This document shows, piece after piece, positions 29,249 through 38,724 of a stretch of 64,000 nucleotides of DNA; position 1 is the stretch's first letter, and every line of letters starts with the position of its first letter. This DNA is from an uncultured Gammaproteobacteria bacterium (GTDB lineage Bacteria > Patescibacteriota > Patescibacteriia > XYB2-FULL-38-15): assembly GCA_965231095.1 (NCBI GenBank), contig OZ246416.1, forward strand, positions 50,938-114,937, in the 5' to 3' direction. The notes under the pieces are model-generated. The model was given only the letters and a program-made list of their open reading frames with translations, had not been told where the DNA came from and ran no database searches. The position numbers were made by a program, and so were the translations under genes.

Positions 29249-30232
29249 ATGAAAGTGTCAAGAATTAAACCCCGCCTAAAGGCGGGACTCCGATCGGAGT
29301 ATAAATTGCCAAAACTAATTGTTATTTTAGGTCCGACGGCGTCGGGAAAGACGGGCTTGTCTTTGAAATTGGCAAAAAAATTTGGTGGAGAAATCGTGAA
29401 TGCCGACTCGCGGCAAGTTTATAAAAAAATGGATATTGGAACTGGAAAAGTTGAAAATAAAAAAGGAGTAAGGCATTATTTGTTGGACGTGGTCAATCCC
29501 GACGAAGAGTTTACTTTGGCAGGTTATAAAAAAAAAGCCGTGGCGGCGATTGACCATATTTTGAAACGTGGGAAAACCCCGTTTTTAGTCGGTGGCACTG
29601 GGTTATATATTCAAGCCATCGTGGACAACTTAACTATTCCCAGTGTTCCGCCGAATAAGAAACTTCGCACTGAATTCGAGCATGAACTGGCTAAAGCAAA
29701 AGAATTAGGAATTAAGAAGTATGAATTAAGAGTTTTGGAGAAGTGGTTTAAGAAATTATTAAAACTTGATCCTTGCGTAAAAGATGTAGTGGACGCTAAA
29801 AATCCGCGGAGAATAATTCGGGCGCTGGAAATTTGTCTTGCAACCGGCCGGCCGTTTTCAAAAATGCGGGGAAAGGGCGAGCCGTTGTTTCACGCGCTAC
29901 AACTTGGCATCACCATGCCGCGAGAAAAACTTTATAAAAATATTGATGATCGCGTAGACGAAATGATTAAAGACGGGTTAATAGAGGAGACAAAAAAATT
30001 ATTAAAAAAATATAATCCGAATATCCCATCAATGAGCGGGATTGGATATAAAGAAATAGGGGACTATCTGGGTGGAAGCTATGATTTAGATGAGGCGGCA
30101 GAGAAAATTAAATTTCGAACGCACGCGTACGCTCGGCGGCAGATGACGTGGTTCCGCCGTGGTAAAAGAATTAAGTGGATAAAAAATTATAAAGAAGCGG
30201 AACGAAAAATTGGTAAATGGCTAAATGGTTAA
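29249..30232 (+). CDS. miaA: tRNA dimethylallyltransferase; real start probably the SD-preceded TTG near 29309 (the first ~60 nt as tracked look like island B promoter/operator sequence)
   Basis: P-loop ILGPTASGKT, DSRQVYK motif; annotated N-terminal 20 aa are GC-rich and contain hairpins and the palindrome ACTCCGATCGGAGT. Confidence 0.8.
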   Translation: MKVSRIKPRLKAGLRSEYKLPKLIVILGPTASGKTGLSLKLAKKFGGEIVNADSRQVYKKMDIGTGKVENKKGVRHYLLDVVNPDEEFTLAGYKKKAVAAIDHILKRGKTPFLVGGTGLYIQAIVDNLTIPSVPPNKKLRTEFEHELAKAKELGIKKYELRVLEKWFKKLLKLDPCVKDVVDAKNPRRIIRALEICLATGRPFSKMRGKGEPLFHALQLGITMPREKLYKNIDDRVDEMIKDGLIEETKKLLKKYNPNIPSMSGIGYKEIGDYLGGSYDLDEAAEKIKFRTHAYARRQMTWFRRGKRIKWIKNYKEAERKIGKWLNG

Positions 30233-30284
30233 ATTGTTAAAACAAAAACGCCCCGGGATATAACCGAGGTGTTTTTTTATTTTT

Positions 30285-31850
30285 TTATGACAACTTCTTT
30301 TTAATAATTTCTTCGGCGACTTTTGGATTGGCCTTTCCTTGAGTTTTTTTCATTGTCTGGCCGATGAAGAATTGGAGAAGCGCTAGTTTACCTTGTTTAT
30401 ATTCCGCTACTTCCTCGGGATGTTCAGCGATCAGCGCGTCAATTATTTTTTCAAGTTCCCCGGTATCGCTAATTTGGCCAAGATTTTTACTTTCCATAAT
30501 CTGCGAAGGATCGCCGCCGGTCATCATCATTTCTTCAAGAATTTTTAAGGCCGTCGGACCGGAAATTTTATTTTGATAAATCATGGTGATAAATTCGGCA
30601 AAATTTTCCGGAGTGATTTTCAAGCGGCGAATATCAATTTTATTGTCCGCCATCAAACCGCCGAGTTTATTGATAAGCCATCCGGCGAGGAGGCGAACTA
30701 ATTTATGTTTATGCTTTTCCCAAATTTCTTTTTCCGTGCCTTCTACTTCTTCCAGCGACAAAAGCCATGACTGAAGTTCGGAAATAACGTTTTCCGCGTA
30801 GCTAGCTAATTTTTTATCTTCAACTAAAATTCGCGTTTCTTCTTCGGTAAATTCGTATTGAGTTATAAATCGGATTTTTTTGGCGCGCGGCAATTCGGGC
30901 AGATGGCCGATAACTTTATCGCGTAATTTACTTAAATCAAGTGGCGGCAAATCCGGTTCGGGAAAATAGCGATAATCATTTTCCGCTTCTTTGGTGCGCT
31001 GCGGAACGGTTTTCTGCCCCGCATCATCCCAGCCGCGAGTCGTCGTGACGGCCGGCGGTTTTCCGGCTTCCCAAAGTTCGGTTTGTCTTTTTATTTCATA
31101 CTCAAGCGCTCGCTCAACCGCCCGGAAAGAATTTAAATTTTTAATTTCCGTTTTCGCATTAAGTTTAAGAAGATTTTTTTCTTTAGCAGGATTATCCAAA
31201 GCTTCTCGAAGAGAAATATTGGCGTCGCAGCGGAGATGCCCCTTTTCCATATCGGCATCGGAAATTTCAAGATAGCGGGCAATGAGCCGCAATTCTTGCA
31301 TAAAAATTTTTGCTTCAAGTGGTGAATGCAAATCCGGTTCAGTGACAATCTCCAAAAGCGGCGTGCCGGAACGGTTGTAATCAATCAGGCTGTATTTTCC
31401 GTCTTCGCTATGGAAATTTTTAGCCGCGTCTTCTTCAAGATGGACGCGGTTGATTTTTATTTTTGCCCAAGGGCGTTGTTTTTTTTCATCCTTGGTCGGA
31501 ATATCAATTTCCAGAAATCCGCCCAGACAGACAGGTTTGTCGTATTGAGAAATTTGATAACCCTTTGGCAGATCAGGATAAAAATATTGTTTGCGGTCAA
31601 ATTTTGATTCATCTTGGATTTTACAATTCAAAGCCATGGCCAGAAGTCCCGCCCATTCGAGCGCCTGCTCATTTATGACTGGCAATGTGCCGGGATGGCC
31701 CATGCAGATCGGGCAGACGGTAGAGTTCGGCGGTTGGTCTTCGCCGGTATTGTCGCAACCGCAGAACATTTTTGATTTTGTTTTCAATTGGACATGGATT
31801 TCAAGCCCAATGACCGGGACGAGATGCATAAAAAATAATTCAAAAATCAA
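30285..31850 (-). CDS. gatB: aspartyl/glutamyl-tRNA amidotransferase subunit B
   Basis: VIGLEIHVQLKTKSKMFCGCDN...CPICMGHPGTLPV, GatB/YqeY C-terminal domain; start may be the internal Met (MHLVPVIGLE) at 31829. Confidence 0.9.
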   Translation of the reverse strand: MIFELFFMHLVPVIGLEIHVQLKTKSKMFCGCDNTGEDQPPNSTVCPICMGHPGTLPVINEQALEWAGLLAMALNCKIQDESKFDRKQYFYPDLPKGYQISQYDKPVCLGGFLEIDIPTKDEKKQRPWAKIKINRVHLEEDAAKNFHSEDGKYSLIDYNRSGTPLLEIVTEPDLHSPLEAKIFMQELRLIARYLEISDADMEKGHLRCDANISLREALDNPAKEKNLLKLNAKTEIKNLNSFRAVERALEYEIKRQTELWEAGKPPAVTTTRGWDDAGQKTVPQRTKEAENDYRYFPEPDLPPLDLSKLRDKVIGHLPELPRAKKIRFITQYEFTEEETRILVEDKKLASYAENVISELQSWLLSLEEVEGTEKEIWEKHKHKLVRLLAGWLINKLGGLMADNKIDIRRLKITPENFAEFITMIYQNKISGPTALKILEEMMMTGGDPSQIMESKNLGQISDTGELEKIIDALIAEHPEEVAEYKQGKLALLQFFIGQTMKKTQGKANPKVAEEIIKKKLS

Positions 31851-31885
31851 AAGTCAAAATGCAAAATTAATTTTGTAATAAAAAT

Positions 31886-32656
31886 TTATTGTTTAGCCGG
31901 CGTGGGCGCAATTTCTTTTTTAACGGAGTTGTAGAGGATTAAACCTAACGCGTAGAAAAGCGGAGCGGCTAAAACAGGAATGATGTTGGCGATAATCATT
32001 GACCACCAGGTTGAGGCGGCGGTAAAGCTTGCGCCGGGTCGGCCCGCGGCAAAATCAATTATGTAAATAGGAACCAAGATGATAATTAAAAGAATTATGC
32101 CGTAAACAAAATTTGGGGCAATCCACCGCCAGAGAAGCGGCCAAAATTTTCCCTTTACCAATTCGCGGCTCGCGGAAAGCGCCTCGGTTCCTTTTTTATT
32201 TTCCAGAACAAGAACATAAAGGCTGAAGGAAAACCAGACAGAAAAAATTATGCCGGGGATAATCAAAAGCAGCGTGCCAAAACCAACCGCAAGGGAAACC
32301 AAAATGGAAAGGATTATTCCGGAAAAAGTTTTTGAATAACTCAAATTATAAATATTTTTAAAATTGACTGGTTCTTTCTTAATTGTGGCGTCCATTACTA
32401 AAATCAAAGCGATTGTGACCAAAACGCTCAACACCCACGAGGCGAGGGAAAGGATGAAGTTCGTCGCCAAAAAGGCCACGGGACTTGAGATAAAGTAGGG
32501 GAGTAAAGACAAGATGACGGACGGAATAAGGAGCCAGGCAATAATTTTGGCGAAGAGGGCAAAATTATTTTTGTAAAGCGTCCAGCTCTCGCGCATTAGG
32601 GCGCCGACTTGAATAAGCATAAGATTACGAATTAAAGCGAATAAAAGCGAATACAA
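31886..32656 (-). CDS. polytopic integral membrane protein (hypothetical)
   Basis: 256 aa, ~6 predicted TM helices, no recognised motif. Confidence 0.5.
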   Translation of the reverse strand: MYSLLFALIRNLMLIQVGALMRESWTLYKNNFALFAKIIAWLLIPSVILSLLPYFISSPVAFLATNFILSLASWVLSVLVTIALILVMDATIKKEPVNFKNIYNLSYSKTFSGIILSILVSLAVGFGTLLLIIPGIIFSVWFSFSLYVLVLENKKGTEALSASRELVKGKFWPLLWRWIAPNFVYGIILLIIILVPIYIIDFAAGRPGASFTAASTWWSMIIANIIPVLAAPLFYALGLILYNSVKKEIAPTPAKQ

Positions 32657-32686
32657 ATAAATTTGTATTGATTCGCTATGATTTGC

Positions 32687-33418
32687 TTAAGATTCGCATT
32701 TATTTATTATAAAATTTTTCCAAATATTAACCGCTTCTTCCATTGTATCATAAACGGTTTTGTCTGTCTTTAAATAAACAAATTCACTGCCGCGCGATTC
32801 CATGAGTTTCCGAAACCACGGCGCGTCGTATCTTTTGGCTATTTTTTCCAAGAATGGCAATTTTTCAAAAATAGAATTATCTTTTTTATCACGTTCGGCA
32901 AGGCGCGCCATTGCTTCTTTGGGATCAACTTGGGCAATGATCAATAAATCCGGCCGGTACTCCAGCGCAAGTTTATTGCCGGGCAATTCCATAATTTTTT
33001 CAAGAGGCAACGCCTCCTCCTGAATCGGCTGATAAATTATTGAAGTTGTGACGCCGCGTTCTTGAAAAATAATTTTTCCTTGGGCAAGCGCCGGAATAAT
33101 TACGCGGCGGTATAAAATTTCCCGGTCGAGAGAAAAAGCTTGAGAGGTAGTCCAGGCAGAATAATGGCGATTATTTTCGCGGACAATTTCTTCGCGAATC
33201 GCCTGGCCAACCATGGCAAAAGTCGGTTCATTGGAAATGATAACGTCAAACTCGGCAATTTCTTCCGGCTCCGGGAAGGTGTGTTTTTCTTTCCAATAAT
33301 TTCTTATATCAAAAATCTTCATCTTTTCCGCCGCCGCCCAGTCGGCGAAAGTTTTCAAAATTACGCCTTTGCCGCTGCCGTCAATTCCATCAATCATGAC
33401 AAGGATACCCTTTTTCAT
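32687..33418 (-). CDS. deoxynucleoside / thymidylate kinase-like P-loop kinase
   Basis: VMIDGIDGSGKG P-loop resembling dNK/Tmk families; embedded in dTMP-synthesis gene block. Confidence 0.55.
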   Translation of the reverse strand: MKKGILVMIDGIDGSGKGVILKTFADWAAAEKMKIFDIRNYWKEKHTFPEPEEIAEFDVIISNEPTFAMVGQAIREEIVRENNRHYSAWTTSQAFSLDREILYRRVIIPALAQGKIIFQERGVTTSIIYQPIQEEALPLEKIMELPGNKLALEYRPDLLIIAQVDPKEAMARLAERDKKDNSIFEKLPFLEKIAKRYDAPWFRKLMESRGSEFVYLKTDKTVYDTMEEAVNIWKNFIINKCES

Positions 33419-33987
33419 ATTTTATTTAAAATATTTTCTATTTGGGTGTAAGCATTTTCCAGCGTGCTGGTATTTAAAATTGTATAATCAGCCATGGCGA
33501 TTGGCCCACCCTTTTCTATATTTTCAATTTCCGCATAATCACGATCCCTCGCCGCTTCGGGGGTAGAAGAGCGATATTTTAATTTTGAATCGTCTCCATG
33601 GCGCGCGGCGCGGCCGGACAATCTTTTGTATCTTAATTTCGGCGGGGCGTAAACCGCGATAACAATTAAATTTTCTCCGTATTTATCTTTTAAAATTTTA
33701 TATTCCGACCAACTGTAAAGTCCGTCGCCAACCACATCGCCGTTTTTCAAAGCCTCATCAAATTTTGGGATATTTAAAGTAGCAAAAGCGCCAGGGCCAT
33801 ATTGTTTTCGGAGTTCTTCGCGGATTGGCCGCTCGTTTTCTTCGGTCGGCGCGAGCCCTCGTTTTTTAACTTCGTCCAGGGTGATCTGGCCAAAACGAAT
33901 ATATTGATAACCTTGTTTTTTTAAAAAATCGGCCACCTCGGTTTTTCCCGCACCAGGCATCCCGACTAGGGCGACAAAGTTATTCAT
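33415..33987 (-). CDS. P-loop nucleotide kinase (adenylate/dNMP kinase-like)
   Basis: VALVGMPGAGKTEVADFL Walker A; 190 aa. Confidence 0.5.
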   Translation of the reverse strand: MNNFVALVGMPGAGKTEVADFLKKQGYQYIRFGQITLDEVKKRGLAPTEENERPIREELRKQYGPGAFATLNIPKFDEALKNGDVVGDGLYSWSEYKILKDKYGENLIVIAVYAPPKLRYKRLSGRAARHGDDSKLKYRSSTPEAARDRDYAEIENIEKGGPIAMADYTILNTSTLENAYTQIENILNKI

Positions 33988-33994
33988 AAATGTT

Positions 33995-34492
33995 TTATTT
34001 TACCAATTCAATAAATTTAAATTTCAATCCGTTGTGTTCCTGTGTTTCAGATTCATTTATAATTTTAAATTTAGAATAATCTGGGAAAAAAGTGTCAACT
34101 TCTGCGGGCTCATCATCAACAATTGTTAAATAAAGTTTTTCCACGCGCGGGAGAAGCTGCGTATAAATTGACGCGCCGCCGATGACAAAAATTTCTTTGT
34201 GATCGTTTGCCAATTTTTCTTCTTCAATTTTTGCGCGCTCCAAGGCTTCGTCCGGAGAAGAAACAATAATGCAACCTGGCGCGGTAAAATCTTTGTTTTT
34301 GGTGATAACAATATTTGTGCGGTTCGGAAGCGGGCGGCCGAGCGATATAAAAGTATTGCCACCCATAATAACCGTATGGCCGGAAGTAATTTTTTTGAAA
34401 TGTTCCAAATCAGGCGGAAGATTCCAAAGTAATTTATTTTTAAAACCGATGGCGCGGTTTTTGTTTGTAACCGCGATGGCTGAAATTGTCAT
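33995..34492 (-). CDS. folA: dihydrofolate reductase
   Basis: ISAIAVTNKNRAIGFKNKLLWNLPPDLEHFKKITSGHTVIMG, GGASIY motif. Confidence 0.85.
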   Translation of the reverse strand: MTISAIAVTNKNRAIGFKNKLLWNLPPDLEHFKKITSGHTVIMGGNTFISLGRPLPNRTNIVITKNKDFTAPGCIIVSSPDEALERAKIEEEKLANDHKEIFVIGGASIYTQLLPRVEKLYLTIVDDEPAEVDTFFPDYSKFKIINESETQEHNGLKFKFIELVK

Positions 34493-34495
34493 AAA

Positions 34496-35494
34496 TTAAA
34501 ATCCTCCGATGTTTGCGATTTCGGCTTTGATCGCCGGATGAGATTCGTAATTTTGTAATTCAAAATCTTCAAATTTAAAATCATCAATATTTTTTATCTC
34601 TGGATTTAATTTTAGAGCAGGGAAGGGGAATGGCTTGCGTGAGAATTGTTCTTTAACCGCGTCAAAATGATTTGAGTAAATATGAACGTCGCCAAAAGTA
34701 TGAACAAATTCTCCGGGTTTAAGCCCGGTGATTTGCGCGACCATAAGTAAAAGCATGGCGTAACTTGCGATATTAAACGGAACACCCAAAAATAAATCGG
34801 CGCTTCGCTGATAAAGTCCAAGATTTAATCGGCCGTCGGAGGTGGTTTGAAATTGAAAAGTCGTGTGGCAAAACGGGGGAACTTCGTTAGCGTTTCCCTT
34901 GCTCGCCATGGCGTAAATAAAATCCGGATTCCAGGCGGAAACAACATAAGATTTTCTGTAAGGTTTTTCTTTTAAACCTTGGATGCACCAACCGAGTTGA
35001 TCAATCTCGCGACCGTCGGAGGCCGGCCAGCGCCGCCACATTTTTCCATAAACCATAATCAAATCGCCCCATTTTTTTACGAATTCATCCGTCGCTGGCA
35101 GCGATTCCAGTTTCGCGATAAATTGTTCTTGGGTCAAATCTTCTGTCGGGGCGGAGGCGAGGCAATATTTATGATAACGTTTCCACGCCCATTCATCCCA
35201 AATATGGATTTTTTGATCAAGTAGAGGTTTGATGTTCGTGTCGCCGGATAAGAACCAAAGAAGTTCAACTAAAATTCCCCGGAAAAAAGTTTTTTTCGTG
35301 GTGAGGAGCGGAAAACCTTGCGACAAATCAAACCTAATCTGCCGGCCAAAAACCGAACGGATAAACGGCGGTTCTTCGCCTTTCTTTTTATATTCTTCCA
35401 AAACTTCGGGAGTAAAAAAAAGTTTTTTATCCGAGCCGTGATCTAAAATATCTTGCGCGAGGTCAAGATATTGGTATTCGGGATGTTTGTCCAT
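34496..35494 (-). CDS. thyA: thymidylate synthase ThyA
   Basis: LVELLWFLSGDTNIKPL, catalytic Cys region PFCHTTFQF; start set at MDKHPEYQYL. Confidence 0.85.
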   Translation of the reverse strand: MDKHPEYQYLDLAQDILDHGSDKKLFFTPEVLEEYKKKGEEPPFIRSVFGRQIRFDLSQGFPLLTTKKTFFRGILVELLWFLSGDTNIKPLLDQKIHIWDEWAWKRYHKYCLASAPTEDLTQEQFIAKLESLPATDEFVKKWGDLIMVYGKMWRRWPASDGREIDQLGWCIQGLKEKPYRKSYVVSAWNPDFIYAMASKGNANEVPPFCHTTFQFQTTSDGRLNLGLYQRSADLFLGVPFNIASYAMLLLMVAQITGLKPGEFVHTFGDVHIYSNHFDAVKEQFSRKPFPFPALKLNPEIKNIDDFKFEDFELQNYESHPAIKAEIANIGGF

Positions 35495-35498
35495 AAAA

Positions 35499-35996
35499 TT
35501 ATTTATTAAAAATTGCCATGGATAAAAAATCGTGATACTTACCTTTATAAAAAACTTCATCTTTCATTCTTCCTTCGATGACAAAACCCAGAGATTGATA
35601 TACTTTAATCGCATGGTTGTTGTCTTTGACGACACCAAGGTTGATTTTGTGGAGTTTCAGTTTTTTAAATCCGTAATTGATGAGCCATATTATGGCGATT
35701 TTTCCAATTCCCTTGCCACGATAATCATCTTCGCCGATAGCAATAAATAAATCAGCGTTTTTATTGGACTTGCTAATATTCGATAATCCCATAAAACCTA
35801 TTGGTTTGGAATTATCACAGATAGTAAAAAATTTCTTGTTTTTCGCTTTTTGATAATTAAAAAACCATTCTTTTTCTTTTTTTAGATTTGTCTTTTGTCC
35901 CATCTCGTCACCAATAAATTTGTTTACCTCGGGATTGTTTAACCATTTTACACGGTAGGGAATGTCTTTTTGTAAGTGTTTTCTAATTTTTATCAT
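35499..35996 (-). CDS. GNAT family N-acetyltransferase
   Basis: Acetyl-CoA binding motif IAIGEDDYRGKGIGKIAI; N-terminal Arg-rich extension in the track is out-of-frame overlap with dcd. Confidence 0.65.
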   Translation of the reverse strand: MIKIRKHLQKDIPYRVKWLNNPEVNKFIGDEMGQKTNLKKEKEWFFNYQKAKNKKFFTICDNSKPIGFMGLSNISKSNKNADLFIAIGEDDYRGKGIGKIAIIWLINYGFKKLKLHKINLGVVKDNNHAIKVYQSLGFVIEGRMKDEVFYKGKYHDFLSMAIFNK

Positions 35997-36541
35997 ATTT
36001 GCGTTTCTTTGCCGCCAGTCGCGACTCGGCCGCCTTGCCACTGGCCGCGGTATTGGTTGCCTTCGCCCAGCACTTCGTGAAAAGTGATATGGACAACCCG
36101 CGCGCCGAAAGAAATTTTGATATTTGATTTTCCAAGATTGCAAAGTCCAAAAGTCAGTTCGCCTTGATATCCCGGCTGGACAACGCCGTTAAAAAGGCCC
36201 AAGCCGGAGCGGAATAGCGTTGTGCGGGGGAAAATAATTCCGGAGACAGTGACCGGCAGATTTACTTTTTCCATTGTCTTTACCAAATAATATTTTCCCG
36301 GTTCAAAAATGAAAAAGTTTTCGCTTTCTGGTTTGCCTTCCTCATTTTTTGCCACGAGTTTGATGGTCGGCGTGTTTCGCTCTTCAACTCCCAAAAATCC
36401 GTCGCCTTCCAATTCATAAATTTCTCCCAGTCGCAAATCAAAACCCGCGCCTTCGGGATTATTTTTTTCCCGGTCACAGAGATTTTCCACTAAATTCATT
36501 TCCTTAACTAATTCGTGTAATTTTTTTATTCCAAGGATCAT
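35993..36541 (-). CDS. dcd: dCTP deaminase
   Basis: dUTPase-like fold motifs VTVSGIIFPRTTLFRSGL, GYQGELTFGLCN. Confidence 0.75.
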   Translation of the reverse strand: MILGIKKLHELVKEMNLVENLCDREKNNPEGAGFDLRLGEIYELEGDGFLGVEERNTPTIKLVAKNEEGKPESENFFIFEPGKYYLVKTMEKVNLPVTVSGIIFPRTTLFRSGLGLFNGVVQPGYQGELTFGLCNLGKSNIKISFGARVVHITFHEVLGEGNQYRGQWQGGRVATGGKETQI

Positions 36542-36662
36542 ATGATAATAGTGTCATTGCGAGCGGAACGTAGTGGAGCGAAGCAATCTCATGGGGTTTA
36601 GAAACAAGGGGATTGCCGCGTCGCTTCCTTCGGTCGCTCCTCGCAATGACATGTTGAGTGTG

Positions 36663-37193
36663 TTATTTAGTAAAATCAATATCGCAATAAACTTTGCCGT
36701 CGTATTTTCTGATAACAATACCTCGTTTGTCGGCCAACTCTTGCGCCTCGTTTTCTTCTTCTTTCCCTTCGCCGCCGGTTTTTATCCGTTCGTATTTTTC
36801 AAAATAAACAATTTCTTTCACTCCAACATTATTAAAAGCTTTCATGCAGTCGTAGCAGGGATAAAGGGCGGTGTAGACCGTCGCGCCGTTTAGGCGTCTT
36901 GTGTCCTGGGCGTTGATAATGCTGTTTATCTCGGCGTGCGCCCCGCGGCAGCGTTTTAATTTTCCCGTCACCGGATCGCCGTCAACTTTGGCGCAACCGA
37001 CTTCAAGGCAATGGTCGTCTCCGGCGGTCGGGCCGTTGTAACCGACAGAGACAATTCTCTTGTTTGCATCAACTACGACGACGCCGGCGGTATGAAATTT
37101 GCAGGCGGTGCGTTGCGCCGCTATCAGCGCCATGTTCATAAATGTCTCGTCCCAAGAGAGGCGGTTTTTTCTAGGATTTTGCAAATTACTCAT
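36663..37193 (-). CDS. dCMP deaminase (ComEB/cytidine-deoxycytidylate deaminase family)
   Basis: Zinc-binding HAEINSIINA...PCYDC motifs. Confidence 0.85.
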   Translation of the reverse strand: MSNLQNPRKNRLSWDETFMNMALIAAQRTACKFHTAGVVVVDANKRIVSVGYNGPTAGDDHCLEVGCAKVDGDPVTGKLKRCRGAHAEINSIINAQDTRRLNGATVYTALYPCYDCMKAFNNVGVKEIVYFEKYERIKTGGEGKEEENEAQELADKRGIVIRKYDGKVYCDIDFTK

Positions 37194-37296
37194 ATAAGTT
37201 TAGATCAAATTATTTATTAGTCAGTCTTTATATTTTAGCAAAATGAAAAAGAATAGGCAATTAAAAATCAAGGGGGATAAATGGCGCCAAAATAAG

Positions 37297-37329
37297 CAAA
37301 AAAACACCCCGATTAGAGGGTGTTTTTTA
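37297..37329 (-). terminator. intrinsic terminator downstream of rplA
   Basis: aaaaaaACACCCcgattagaGGGTGTtttttat. Confidence 0.65.
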
Positions 37330-37342
37330 TGTAAAATTTTAA

Positions 37343-38020
37343 TTATACGCTAAGTTTTATTCCCGGGCCCATGGTGGTGCAAAGTACCGCGGTTTGGATG
37401 TAGACACCCTTGGATGCCGCCGGTTTGGCTTTTTTCACCACTTCAATAAACATGGTCAAATTTTCCAAAAGCTTTTCTTTATCGTAGGAAACTTTGCCGA
37501 GTAATTGATGAATATTCCCGCCATCATCATTTTTGAAATTGATTTTTCCTTTTTTTAATTCACCAATTATTTTTTTGATGTTTGGGTTAACAGTTTCTGT
37601 TTTTGGATTTGGCATCAAACCCTTTGGACCCAAAATTTTCGCGATCTGGGCCAATTTAGGCATCATGGAGGGCGTTGCCACGGCGATTTCAAAGTTTGCT
37701 CTTTCTGTGGATTTGATTTCTTTAATCAAGTCCTCACCGCCGACAATTTCCGCTCCGGCTTCTTTCGCTTCTTTTTCCAAGGCCGGTTCAACGAAAGCGG
37801 CAATTTTTTTGGTCTTGCCGATTCCGTGCGGTAAAACTAAAGTGCCGCGCACGAGCTGGTCGCCTTTTTTAGGATCAATACCAAGTTTGATGTGGACTTC
37901 CACGCCGGCATCAAATTTTTCTTTTGGTCCGTTTTTTATTAAGTCCAAAGCCTCGGCGAGCGAATAGCTCTTTTTCGGGTCAATGGATTTTTTTGTTTCT
38001 TCGTAGCGTTTTCCGCGCAT
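37343..38020 (-). CDS. rplA: 50S ribosomal protein L1
   Basis: 225 aa; GKTKKIAAFV, L1 fold motifs. Confidence 0.9.
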   Translation of the reverse strand: MRGKRYEETKKSIDPKKSYSLAEALDLIKNGPKEKFDAGVEVHIKLGIDPKKGDQLVRGTLVLPHGIGKTKKIAAFVEPALEKEAKEAGAEIVGGEDLIKEIKSTERANFEIAVATPSMMPKLAQIAKILGPKGLMPNPKTETVNPNIKKIIGELKKGKINFKNDDGGNIHQLLGKVSYDKEKLLENLTMFIEVVKKAKPAASKGVYIQTAVLCTTMGPGIKLSV

Positions 38021-38044
38021 AAGTTTTTGGTGGTAATAACGTCC

Positions 38045-38190
38045 CCCACTAATTTTGCCATCGATAGATAAAAGTAATTTTGAGTGATTAATTTATTTTC
38101 TAAATTTGTGGCGCCGCTTGCCCGAATAGGGCAGGGCTATTCGCCCTCGCGGCGCCCCCGGGATCGGGAGCAAAATTAGTGGGGGACTCC
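38045..38190 (-). promoter_or_regulatory. large structured leader upstream of rplA: 17-bp outer inverted repeat enclosing GC-rich hairpins (possible L1-binding autoregulatory mRNA mimic or inserted GC-rich element)
   Basis: tcccccactaattttgc (38046-38062) pairs with gcaaaattagtggggga (38166-38184); inner ggcgccgc...gcggcgcc and cgaatag..ctattcg stems. Confidence 0.45.
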
Positions 38191-38203
38191 CACAAATTAT
38201 TTT

Positions 38204-38641
38204 TTAAACTTCTTTATTGTTTTCTTTCGACTCTTTTGTTTCTTTGCTAATCATTTTCCAGTGCCACAAGAACAGGGGAATAGCAACAACGAGCATGGAA
38301 ATATCGCGAACAGCGTTTTTCTGTTTTCTCGCAACTTTCATAATTCCTTGCTGATCCTGCCAATTTTTATAATCAACCAACCAATTTTGAATCTGCAATT
38401 TTTCGTCGGCAGTCAGGTCGCATTTTTCCGCGCAACGCTCGGCCGTTTCACCCTGCGCCCGCTCATTAATCATGTAAGGAACCGGCGGCGCCCATTCATC
38501 GGCGCGATCAGCGTTTTTAAAGACCCAAGTTTTGAGGCCGAGATTTGCGAGATCAACCGTTCCCCAAACAATCATCATTAAAGCAATCAAGGCAATCAGG
38601 TAGAAATAAACCGTTCGGATTGAGTTTAGTTTGATGGCCAT
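38204..38641 (-). CDS. hypothetical membrane protein inserted between rplK and rplA
   Basis: Start set at MAIKLNSIRTVYFYLIALIALMMIVW (TM helix); upstream track extension is GC-rich overlap with island G. Confidence 0.5.
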   Translation of the reverse strand: MAIKLNSIRTVYFYLIALIALMMIVWGTVDLANLGLKTWVFKNADRADEWAPPVPYMINERAQGETAERCAEKCDLTADEKLQIQNWLVDYKNWQDQQGIMKVARKQKNAVRDISMLVVAIPLFLWHWKMISKETKESKENNKEV

Positions 38642-38724
38642 ACATTGTAAATTAAGAGAAATAATTTTTTGTTCGCATAAAATTAGGTGGGGGAGTACTT
38701 GCGGAAGCACGCCCCCAACCTGGT

